64,000 nucleotides of DNA from positions 34,398,388 to 34,462,387 of the forward strand of contig NC_092670.1 of NCBI RefSeq assembly GCF_964355755.1. Reading direction: 5' to 3'. A program made the translations under genes and the position numbers. Positions 28,001 to 38,285 of this stretch are shown piece by piece. The stretch comes from Antedon mediterranea. Taxonomy: Eukaryota > Animalia > Echinodermata. A model generated the notes under the pieces. The model was not told where the DNA came from, did no database searches, and saw nothing but the letters and a program-made list of their open reading frames with translations. Each line of letters begins with the position of its first letter. Within the stretch, counting starts at the first letter, position 1.

Positions 28001-31000
28001 ACTCAACAAACATTTATTTCTTCCAATACCATAATAATTCAGAGCATAAATCCTTGTCTATACTATCAAGCTTTATGTGACAAAAAAAATGTGATATGCC
28101 CATATATGGACATAATGATGTCATATCACTATTATTATTATTATTTATTGCCAAAAACCAGTTACAAACAAAAACACAGAAACTAAGGGAGTAGGCAGGA
28201 ACCTAAAAGTGAACCTAATCACTATAACAAGAGTTCAGGTTCCGTACTCCCAAAGTAACAACAATGATATATAATAAACTATATAAAAATATTTAAATAA
28301 CAAATAGACGAATCAACAGTGTCAATATAAAATAAACGGATAAATACCATATTTGGGCATATCACCACCATATTTGTGCACATCACACTTTTTTTGTCAA
28401 ACTAGTTTTATAGTGTAAACAGCTTTGAATGAGGACCAACCTCAAGGTAAACTTGTCTCAGTTGGCCCTTCAACATGGATGCAAAATATGAAGTAATAAT
28501 ACATAATAAGAAATTGATAAAAATGTTTGATTTCTTTTATAATAATAGGAAGCTTGTTCCATTGTTGTAATAATATGAAAGAATAATCTGTATTAATAAC
28601 AACTGTATTCAAATCTTTTAGTAGTTTTTCACCTTCAACCAGTAAAGTCCCTGACCCAGTTAGTGCTGCACCAGCACCTGTACCAAAACCAACGCATGTT
28701 TGGAAGGGTAGTGTCTTTATGCCAGATGTTGCAAAGTTCAACTCTGCTGCCTTCCAGGTTTCAGGAAACACCAAACATTTATCAGGCGTAAGATGTTGGT
28801 TTATTATATTTTAGATGGCTTTAGCATGAGTGGCCGAGCGGTTAAGACAATGGAACCGTAATTACATAGCCATAACATTGGCAAGGGTCCGAGGCTCACT
28901 CGCTCCATGGTTCTGGTGGTAGAATGAATCTTCTCGGATAAGGACTATAAACAGTACGTCCAGTGTACATCAAAACAACATTTATGCAACATCAACAGAT
29001 AGTTTACATAATTTATGGTCAAGACACACAGAAATCAAAGTGGCTTGTCTTTGTAGTCCCTGAGCATAAAACATAAATCATAGACGGACGCATTACTATT
29101 ACAAATAATGAAAAAAAAAAAATATGTATATACAAAGTAAGATCAAGCTTAATAGAAATATAAAGCATAGCTCATGTGCACTTAAGAACCTAGTACATCT
29201 TTCGAGACGAGTAGGGGGGTTACCCTGGTGTACTAGAACATCGCAGCCACTGATCACAACTGGGCTCTCTGGGAGAGACCAGTTTTTGACTGAAGAGGTC
29301 ACCCAGTATAAATAATACTGAAATGCTTTATTTGTCCATCATCATCATAAAATAAAAACATAAATTCTTCTTGAAGATTGACAATTATTAGTACAATAAT
29401 AAATAGATATACAACATAATATATTATATACACACACATAATTGCACAAAAAATATAAGTTATGAAACACGGTGTAAAAATGACTAGGTATTAATATTGA
29501 ATAGGATTCAGGAGATTAAAATAGTTTAAAACAGCTTTAAAAGGATTAAAAACAGCTTTAAAAGGATTCAAACCATTAGAATGTTCCTAAAACCTTTACA
29601 ATTTATAAGTTGCTAAAATTTCAAATAGATAGAAATAAATAATAACAAACAATAATACATATTTTTTTAAGATGATTTGATTTAATACATTTACACATTT
29701 AATCGGAGAGCTTATTGTTAGGATTGAAATTGCAAACCATCTATTTTCTTTACAGAGTCTTGGAAATCAAATTCACATTTGTGGTCGGATACCAAAAGAA
29801 GCAGTTTGGGATTATTTCAAGAAACTGAGTATGGCCAGCACGACAGAACTTATCGTCATACGATTACACGTCGCTGATGACAATGACAAATCCGGGTACA
29901 TAGCCTTATACCAGTACTTTCAGACTCGTAACCGTATCGGCGTGGTTGGTAGTGCAAAATCACCGGTTAAGGATATGTATATTTTACCGTTGCCATCGAC
30001 GGAGGAGTTGCACTCATCGATTGGGAAACTATCTTCACCTGGTGAGTATAAAAAGATGAGCTGATAACTGATCAATCGAGAAAAAGTACTATTAAACGAC
30101 CACTTTTTTAAATAACTCTAAACATTTTGTTTTGTAGGTTTGGAGAAAATAAGGCCACATCTTCTTCTAGGACTTGTAGTACGTTACAGAGAATCACCAC
30201 AATGGGGCCCAAGTTCTTCATCTTCTGGCAAAGTCCGTCCTAGTCGTCAAACAATGTCGTCATCTCAGCGCCGTTCAATAGACGGTTACCAAGGTAGCGT
30301 GTCGAGGAAAGAGCGCAGATCTGTTAAGGAAGGACCAGAAGAAAAAAAAGCCAAAAGGTCGATGTCGTTACCAGATTCAGATTATTTTATACAGGGCAAG
30401 CAAATGGAAGATCCCATCGTGGCAGAATATACCTGCGCTGATCGGTCCAAACTTCTTGAGGATGTCATGGAAGCTTATTCACCGTCGCAAGAGGAACGAG
30501 AGGCACCGTACGATCCTTCAGACGTACTTGATGACATTCCTCAACCGGTTTCTAAAACCGTTCCTGAAGCATCGACAAGTGGAAAGGTCGATGCAGGTAA
30601 GCTGACCTCGCTCCTTCAGAACGTTTCGCAAACCATACCACAAATTGGCACTGTAGATGATGTGCCATCGGAAGTGAAATCAAATTTATTAAAGACATTT
30701 GACTCTGATTCTACAATGACTGAACAACAGCAACTTTTAATAATGTTAACTAAACAGGTTGAGGACGCAAAGAAAGCTCTTCTGGATAAGCAGATCGAGT
30801 CTTTACAATCAAAGATAAATAATACGGTGTCTGAAGCTACCGAAGACGAGGCGTATGATCCTACGGCAGTTACTCCTTCACATATGACTCCGTCTTCTAG
30901 TGATGCCAAGACGGTAATGCAGGCATCCCCAGATTCCACTGTTACTCAACCCAAGTACAGTTACACGCCAGAGTATCAAGTTGGTAAAGGACCATACAAA

Positions 31001-31327
31001 GATCGTAATCTAGAATATGTTGAAAACACGCACAAGTACACGCCATCTCCGGTGTCTTCCCCAAGACCGCCAGCCCAGAGGTCATCTCCAGCCCAATCGA
31101 ACCAAGATCCAAGAGATGCTAATAGATATACACAGGGTAACTACACAGAAAATGCTCCCTATCAACCTTCTCACCAAAGGTACCCGGACCACCATCCTTC
31201 TTCGCACCGACGTCAGTTCAGGGAGGAACCATATGCGAGAGATCGTGATTACAGACGAGATCAGTGGCAAGATTCATACAGAGGACAGGGTTATAGGGGT
31301 CAGCGAGGTCGTCCGCAATACAAATGA
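13043..31327 (+). CDS. DIDO1: Death-inducer obliterator 1 / PHF3 (pps) family protein: PHD, Cys/His finger, BRK, TFIIS central domain, SPOC
   Basis: Phase-consistent GT-AG exons: 13040-13201 (or 13249), 14498-15725, 15827-15941 (DPDRLWCICQKPHGNR), 19278-19387 (FMISCDTCSDWFHGTCVG..CPPC), 20178-20278, 20813-20887, 22860-23048 (YCSNECIVEHA), 23783-23978 (BRK-like), 24501-24681, 25944-26103 (KYKTKYRTLVFNIKD), 26644-26760, 26853-26966 (KKTHKGEVEI), 27410-27771 (DTTSQHRAHLFDSNCKICTG), 28622-28787 (VWKG, SPOC start), 29756-30041, 30138-31327. Confidence 0.93.
13362..13512. repeat. Short foldback element with ~55-bp arms
   Basis: GAAATCAAATTTT..GAAACTTACCA and its reverse complement around a ~35-nt spacer. 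Confidence 0.7.
17140..17948. mobile_element. Nested palindromic MITE composite
   Basis: Termini GAGGTTTCGCAA(T/C)CTTACGAA at about 17143 and 17215, with complements at about 17503-17527 and 17925-17947; internal inverted arms 17241-17430 vs 17540-17720. Confidence 0.7.
19713..19789 (-). pseudogene. tRNA-derived sequence (SINE head or tRNA pseudogene)
   Basis: Minus strand has an A-box TGGCTTGGTGG and a B-box GGTTCAAGTCC at tRNA spacing; the acceptor stem does not pair well. Confidence 0.55.
21362..22200. repeat. 21-bp intronic minisatellite (TGTCCTACTTCCACCTTACTC)n, about 40 units
   Basis: Visible tandem repeat; explains the spurious periodic ORFs CPTSTLL/SYFHLTL. Confidence 0.95.
23172..23483 (-). 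mobile_element. tRNA-derived SINE copy
   Basis: Reverse complement of the copy at 28823-29310 (CTTCTCGGATAAGGACTATAAAC..CTAGTACATCTTTCGAGACGAGTAGGGG). Confidence 0.8.
23649..23755. mobile_element. MITE family with terminus AGCTCTGTCTACACTATCA
   Basis: Related copies or remnants at about 4921-5006, 19800-19890, 27113-27222 and 28052-28425. Confidence 0.65.
24996..25816 (+). mobile_element. Non-autonomous piggyBac-like element with an internal 114-bp tandem duplication
   Basis: TTAA|CACTTTCACCGCCA...TGGCGGTGAAAGTG|TTAA; duplication 25067-25180 / 25181-25294; acidic remnant LTADEAIAEIFANSDSENE near 25355. Confidence 0.85.
28823..29310 (+). mobile_element. tRNA-derived SINE copy with a ~195-bp internal insertion
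   Basis: A-box TGGCCGAGCGG head; body matches the 23172-23483 copy, interrupted at about 28971-29166. Confidence 0.8.
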
Positions 31328-31574
31328 GCAATCGTATCTTCATATAGAACCATTCAGTAATTTTTAACTTTTTTTTAAAATCATGACCATGCCTACATTT
31401 GCTGTTACAATAAAACCCCTCCATTTGGTCCCCTCTATTTGGGGACACCCCTATTAAGACACCCCTATTAAGACACTTTCCCATGAAATGGGAATATAGG
31501 TTTTAACACAATGACTAACTGTAATTCAGGGACACCATGATATGGACTAGGGACACTACAACAAACTTCTAATC

Positions 31575-31865
31575 CTGGAGCACCCTATTAAAATGGGGGT
31601 GGCAGAAACACCCTATTAAAATGGGGAGAAACACCCTATTAAAATTGGGGAGGGAGAAACAGCCTATTAAAATGGGAGAAGGAGAAACACCCTATTAAAA
31701 TGGAGGAGGGAGAAACATCCTATTAAAATAGGGGAGGGAGAAACACCCTATTAAAATAGGGGAGGGAGAAACACCCTATTAAAATAGGGGAGGGAGAAAC
31801 ACCCTATTAAAATGGGGGAGGGAGAAACACCCTATTAAAATGGGGGAGGGAGAAACACTCTATTG
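31575..31865. repeat. ~29-bp minisatellite (GGGAGAAACACCCTATTAAAATGGGGGA) downstream of the DIDO1 stop, inside a MITE-like remnant (about 31407-31875)
   Basis: About 10 visible tandem units. Confidence 0.85.
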
Positions 31866-32859
31866 TGTTCTACTGTTTTGGTATAAGTGTCTGTGTATAT
31901 TAGTACCACAAATGATCAGAGAAGTATGTAGGCAATAACAGTGTTATGGACATTGTTTTTTTATATAGCACTGCAACACAAATCTAGTCATTTATGGTAA
32001 ATCAATATTGTGCTGAGATACTTTTAAACCGAATGTGACTTATTTCATTATTGTAATGGTTCTATTTTCTGTTTATTTATATATGAAGTATATATATAAA
32101 ATTTGAAATTAAAGTATATATATATTGGGGCGACTTTTTCTCATTCTCACAGATTTCCTCATCTTTATCGTTTCAAATTAATTAATTAAATTTCAGTATA
32201 TCACCGGGCGGTTTAGAATTAATGTTCATTGCCTGATGTGTTTATATATATGTATATATTCTGTACTTACAAACTGAACATAGATGTATGGAATTAACTT
32301 GCTTTTCGCATGCTTGTTCTATTATATGAATTTAAATGGTTTTATTTAAGGTTTAATATACATTTTTTTGCATTGTTTTAGAAATGCATGCATGTCATAT
32401 CCAGTGAGTCAATCATTTTAAATATTCAGTGTGTTAAGAACTAGTGCCGTTCCACTGTACGACATTGAAAGATCCATTTAGTAGCAAACTCAGTTTTAAC
32501 TAATATAAATTATGTTGTCAGTATAATTCCTATAAAACAATAGTCGCTTGCCTGAAATGACTGCTTGTCTCAGAATGTAACCATTTAAAAAGAAAAACAA
32601 TTCTGATTTTGTAAGAGCTTTCAACATTCTGGGGAGTTTTCAGATTAGTAGAAATCAGGGTTTCACTCCTTGTTAGGCCTAGCAACGATCGTTTTATGAT
32701 TTTAGTCCGTAAGAGTACAGTTTGTGTATCTTATCTCCAAATGATATTTTAATTTATTTTACATGAAAATGACAAATTAAATGTTGTGTTTAACATTAAA
32801 ATATTTTTTATGTAATGTATATTACTAATTGTATGATGTACTGTAATATTGCGTTTTTG

Positions 32860-35800
32860 TTATGCTATTCTGCACATGTCACATGATTATAATATAGTAA
32901 TGACACTTGGCTATTTCTCGTAAATTCCTTGTACTATAGTACAGGAATTTTTTTTCGAAAAATTACCGAAATATTTCCTTTTTAAGATATGTTGAGGTAC
33001 CGTAAATCTTCTAATTGTAACCGTGGGTTATTATTCTTTGATTGTTTTTTAGGGTGGGTTACTATTAGAGTAGTTGGTTTTATTACTAATCTTAAATTAG
33101 GCACCTGAAAATAGTAACCCACCGCAACTTTTCCGGTCAGAAAATCATAGCAAAATAATAAAACAGTTTAAGAAAACACTCAATCCTCCCCACTCCTGAG
33201 ATCAACATGCATTATCTCCTTCTTTTCAAAATACATCATAAACGACCAATCTTCATAAATGTCATTTTGTCAATAGTTTTTGTGACTCTAATATTAACCC
33301 CCATGGGTTATTACTGTATTATAGATTATCATTGACTTATAAGGTGGTTACTATTAGAAGGAGGGGGAGTTAATATTAGAAGGGGAGTTAATATTAGAAG
33401 GGGAGTTACTATTAGAAGGGGGAGTTACTATTAGAAGGGGGAGTTACTATTAGAAGGGGGAGTTACTATTAGAAGGGGGAGTTACTATTAGAGGGGGAGT
33501 TACTATTAGAGGGGGGAGTTACTATTTGAAGGGTGGGGGATTACTATTAGAAGGGGATGGTTACTATTAGAAGGGGGTGGTTACTATTAGAAGGGGGAGT
33601 TACTATTAGAAGGGGAGTTACTATTAGAAGGGGAGTTACTATTAGAAGGGGGGGGGGGGGGTTACTATTAGAAGGGGGGGGGGGGTTACTATTAGAAGGG
33701 GTGGTTACTATTAGAAGGGGGTGGTTACTATTAGAAGGGGGTTACTATTAGAAGGCGGGGGGGGGGGGTTACTATTAGAAGGGGTGGTTACTATTAGAAG
33801 GGGGTTACTATTAGAAGGGTGGGTGGTTACTATTAGAAGGGGGTGGTTACTATTAGAAGGAGGGGGAGTTACTATTAGAAGGGGGTTACTATTAGAAGGG
33901 GGTTACTATTAGAAGGGGGTTATTATTAGAAGGGGTTACTATTAGAAGGGGGTGGTTACTATTAGAAGGGGGGGGGGTGTTACTATTAGAAGGGGGGGGG
34001 TTACTATTAGAAGGGGGAGTGGTTACTATTAGAAGGGGGAGTGGTTACTATTAGAAGGGGGAGTGGTTACTATTAGAAGGGGTTTACTATTAGAAGAGGG
34101 GGGGGGGTACTATTAGAAGGGTTTACTATTAGAAGGGTGGGTGGTTACTATTAGAAGGGGGTGGTTACTATTAGAAGGGGGTTTACTATTAGAAGGTGGT
34201 GGGGGTGACTATTAGAAGGGAGGTGGGGGGTTACTATTAGAGTGTGGGTTAATATTAGAAGATTTACGGTAACATGCCCAGACCACATTATGTGGTTCTG
34301 CGCATGACATTATATCAAAAAAGGGTCGAAAAATGGCCAAAATATCCACTTTTTAAAATAAGTTGAGGTAACATGCGCAGACGACATTATGTGTGATTCT
34401 GCGCATTCCAGTAAGTAAATAAACAAAAGGGTCGAAATTTGGATATTTATCGTTAATTGCCCAAGTTTCCAAGTTCCCAAAATAATTAATTAATTTCCCT
34501 GTACTATGGTACTGTACAGGGATTTTTTCTAAAAGTTGACAAAATATCGACTTTCTAAAATAAGTTAGGGTAACATTCTCAGACAAAATTATGTGATTCT
34601 GCGCATTCCAGTAAGTCAATAATCAAAATGGTCCAAATTTGGATATTTATCGTTAATTGCCCAAGTTTCCAAGTTCCCAAAATAATTAATTAATTTTCCT
34701 GTACTATGGTACAGAGTTTTTTTTTTTATAAAAATTACCAAAATATCTACTTTTAGAAATAATAGGAGGTAACATGCGCAGACGACATTATGTGTAATTC
34801 TGCGCATTCCAGTAAGTAAATAAACAAAATGGTCAACATTTGGCTAAATTTTCCTGTACAGGAACTTTTTCGAAAAATGGCCAAAATATCCACTTTTTAA
34901 AATAAGTTAAGGTAACATGCGGAGACAACACTATGTGATTCTGCGCATTCCAGTAAGTCAATAAACAAAGGAGGTCGAAATTTGGCTATTTTTCGTAATT
35001 TCCCTGTACTATAATAGTACAGGGATTTTTTCTAAAAGTTGCCAAAATATTGATAGTCCATGGGCTGGAGGGGGTTACCGTGCACCCCCCCCCCCCCCCT
35101 CCACAGTTAAACTTCTTTGGTATCATTTTCTTCCCACGGACAATAAATATAGGGATGCATTGTATGTACTTGCGTCATTTGTAATGATCATCAGTGTTTT
35201 ATCTTCAAATATTTTTTGGGGTAGGGGGTAACATTTATCCTAATAACCCAAGAATTCAACATCTAATTAGTATTATCTTAGTAACATTGTGTAGCATACA
35301 TCTTTTAAAATCTTTTAAAATTTAAATAAAATTAATCGGAAGATTATTAAGGTCAGTAGAGGTCAAAAGGTCATTGACCTTTGGCAAAATGCAAATTTTT
35401 CCCAAAATATAGATAAATTTCAATATCGTATCTACAATTTTCAATATTTTGTATCTTAATTGTGTTTTACTTGTGCTTACTGACAAATTGAATAAGAAAA
35501 TATATGTTAACAAGATAAAAATTGCAGTTCATTATATACAAATTGTTATTTTTTATTGTTAAAAATTGTAATAAAAATACATTTTTTGGGGTAGGGGGTA
35601 ATAATAATAGCAATAACCCAAGAATCAAACATCTAATTAGTATGGTCTTGGTGTCGTTGTGTAGTATTCGTGTTTTTTAATCATATGGAATTTTAATACA
35701 ATTAATTGAACCATTTTTAAGGTCAGTAGAGGTCAAATAGGTCACTGACCTTTTGCAAAATTGAAAATATTTGCCATAATGAGATACATTTCAATATCAA

Positions 35801-37130
35801 ATCTCTAATTTTTTCAATACTTTTCATTTTAATTGTGTTTTACTTGTGTTTACTGACATTGAATAACAAAATATGTGTTAACATGAAAAAAATTGCAGTG
35901 CATTAATACCATTGTCATGTAATTTTATTATTCTTCAAAATTGCAATAAAAAGACATTTTTGGGGTAGCGGGATTTTTTCTAAAAATTGCCAAAATATCA
36001 TTTTAATAATAGGAGGTAACATGCGCAGACCACATTATGTGATTCTGCGCATTCCAGTAAGTCAATAAACAAAAGGGTCGAAATTTTGCTATTTTTGTTA
36101 ATTTCCCTGTACTATGGTACAGGGATTTTTTTCTAAAAATTGCCAAAATATCTACTTTTTAAAATAAGTTAAGGTAATATGCTCAGACGTAAAATAAGTC
36201 AATAATCAAAAGGGTCAAAATTTGGATATTTATCGTTAATTTATAGTACAGGGATTTTTTTTCTAAAAGTTGCCAAAATATCGACTTTTAAAAATAAGTT
36301 GAGGTAACATGCGAAGACCACATTATGTGATTCTGCGCATTCCAGTAAAGTCAGTAAACAATAGGGTCGAAATTTGGCTATATTTCGTTAATTTCCAAAA
36401 TATCGACTTTTAAAAATAAGTTGAGGTAACATGCGCAGACCACATTATGTAATTCTGCGCATGCGATTATGTAAACAAATATGGGTTGAAAAAAAATCCA
36501 AAATCGTATATTTAATGTGAATCTTGAAGGCAATGTTATGTTCAAAATGTCTTTATTTATCAATGTAAAACTATTACATTTTTATCACAGTATTTAGATA
36601 AACCACAATCTTATAATACAATATATCATTTTATCATAGGCCTACCTAATATCAATTTTTAATGCAAAATGTTAATCTTTATACCGTTTTAGGCTCTGTA
36701 ATATATATTTTCTCTGTATACTTAATTGTTTTATCATATTTATATTTTAACATATTTTATATAATCTATTATGTATTGAAGTAACATGCGCAGACCGCAT
36801 TATGTTATTCTGCGCATATCATGTGTTTTATATAACACCTAAATAAATTCCTGTCATTTGATTAGACGATTGTGGGTCATATGGCGTGCAATAGTATACA
36901 AATAATGAATGTTTATGAGTGTAATGGTACAAATAATGGCATGAGGTGAATGATAAGAGGTTATATTAACCAATTATGTCAAAAAACAACAACAAAGTTG
37001 AAATGTGAATTGTGATAATTTCCCACTACTGTACAGGGATTTTTTTCGAAAAAATTCCAAAATATTTTTACTGTAATTAGATAAATTGTGCAGACCATAT
37101 AATGTGATTCTACGCATGTCACATCATGAT
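32860..37130. repeat. Degenerate satellite (about 125-200-bp units) with core GTAACATGCGCAGACCACATTATGTGATTCTGCGCAT
   Basis: Core recurs at about 34270, 34368, 34570, 34769, 34912, 36016, 36304, 36426 and 36781; interrupted by an unrelated ~370-bp tandem duplication (35210-35970). Confidence 0.8.
33000..34269. mobile_element. Tc1/mariner-type MITE with an expanded G-rich minisatellite
   Basis: TA|CCGTAAATCTTCTAAT...ATTAGAAGATTTACGG|TA; internal (GTTACTATTAGAAGGGGG)n at 33344-34250. Removing it restores the satellite monomer GTTGAGGTA-ACATGC. Confidence 0.85.
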
Positions 37131-37344
37131 ATGGTAACCAGTTATGTAAACAGATATTTATTAATTTTATTTCTAATAAAATTGCCAATTTTTTGACAAT
37201 ATATTATATTATATTATATATAATGCGCATATAAATTAGATGCAAGAATTATAATGATAAAGAAATTATAACGAAATAAAATTATCGAAATTTGCTATTT
37301 TTTTACAAAATCTCAATATACAGTAATCCATAGAATCATAATTG

Positions 37345-37932
37345 TTAATCATGGTTACTTACATACTCATAAACATTATTATTGTCATTTGCAGGTCTAC
37401 TATATATTCTATTACTATCTATCATCTGCGGTGGTCCGATGGGCTGAATATAGTCCGACTTCTTTTCATTTTGTTCGGATTCATTGGTCAAATTGAAGCT
37501 ACTGTAGCAATCATTTGTAAATAGCTCAATATGTTCCGTTTTATTTGTATGCATACTATCTAGGCCTACATTTTGTGAGAGAGGTTTCTTATCTGCTTTC
37601 TTTGCTCCCAATGCCTCTATTTGTATTCTTGTGGAAGGCTGATCTTCATCTTTAATGCCGTCTTTTCGTTGTTTGTCTGTTTTGTCATTTTTCATTTCAG
37701 TTTTTGACTTATAAACGTGGAATCTTGTCAGTACATACAGCAATACAATAATAACAACTAGCAACAGGATTCCAAGTGTTATGATGCTTAAATCTTTAAA
37801 ATCTTGATTGTAGTTAAGGTTCAGCTGTTGAGATACATCGTTTGATGAAATACATTTTGTTGGTCCAGTATATGTTCGATAATTGCTGGTTACCGTTTTC
37901 TGTGTTGACATACGAAGCTCGGCAGAGCTCAT
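37345..37932 (-). CDS. Array member A: ectodomain-less TM + tyrosine-tail protein (about 195 aa from ATG 37932)
   Basis: TM LSIITLGILLLVVIIVLLYVL; tail ELFTNDCY, SDYIQP, NRIY, VYEYV, homologous to neighbours. Decayed ectodomain remnants lie upstream (HTSDLVTFQV at about 37953-37982). Confidence 0.6.
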   Translation of the reverse strand: MSSAELRMSTQKTVTSNYRTYTGPTKCISSNDVSQQLNLNYNQDFKDLSIITLGILLLVVIIVLLYVLTRFHVYKSKTEMKNDKTDKQRKDGIKDEDQPSTRIQIEALGAKKADKKPLSQNVGLDSMHTNKTEHIELFTNDCYSSFNLTNESEQNEKKSDYIQPIGPPQMIDSNRIYSRPANDNNNVYEYVSNHD

Positions 37933-38285
37933 TTTTGTTGGCACTTAGACCTACTTGAAATGTTACTAAATCGGAAGTATGCTAATTTCTTTTACTTAAC
38001 CAACCACTTGGATGCTACAATTAGTGTATCTTACTGTAAAAACTCACAATGTTTCTTTTCCAATTAACATCCAATAAGTCTTGATCAACTCCAACGAAAC
38101 ACACAATAATTATGTTAAACTCATGATTACATTGGATCATATCTATCAAATTGTTATGCAGAGTCACAGTCCACAGCCGATGTACATGAGCTTGCATTCA
38201 GTTTTAAATTCCTCTTCTAAATTCTCTACACATACTATCCCAATCAAGGTACTGTATGTAACACAATATTCTTCTTCCGTATATG

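Noticed and set aside
33557-33912. ORFs of GVTIRR/LLLEGG repeats; the array looks superficially CRISPR-like
   Set aside because: Minisatellite with G-run length variation, no unique spacers, no cas genes, eukaryotic context.
34270-36470. Palindromic 37-bp repeats at intervals, resembling a CRISPR array
   Set aside because: The intervening sequences are homologous to each other, so this is a satellite.
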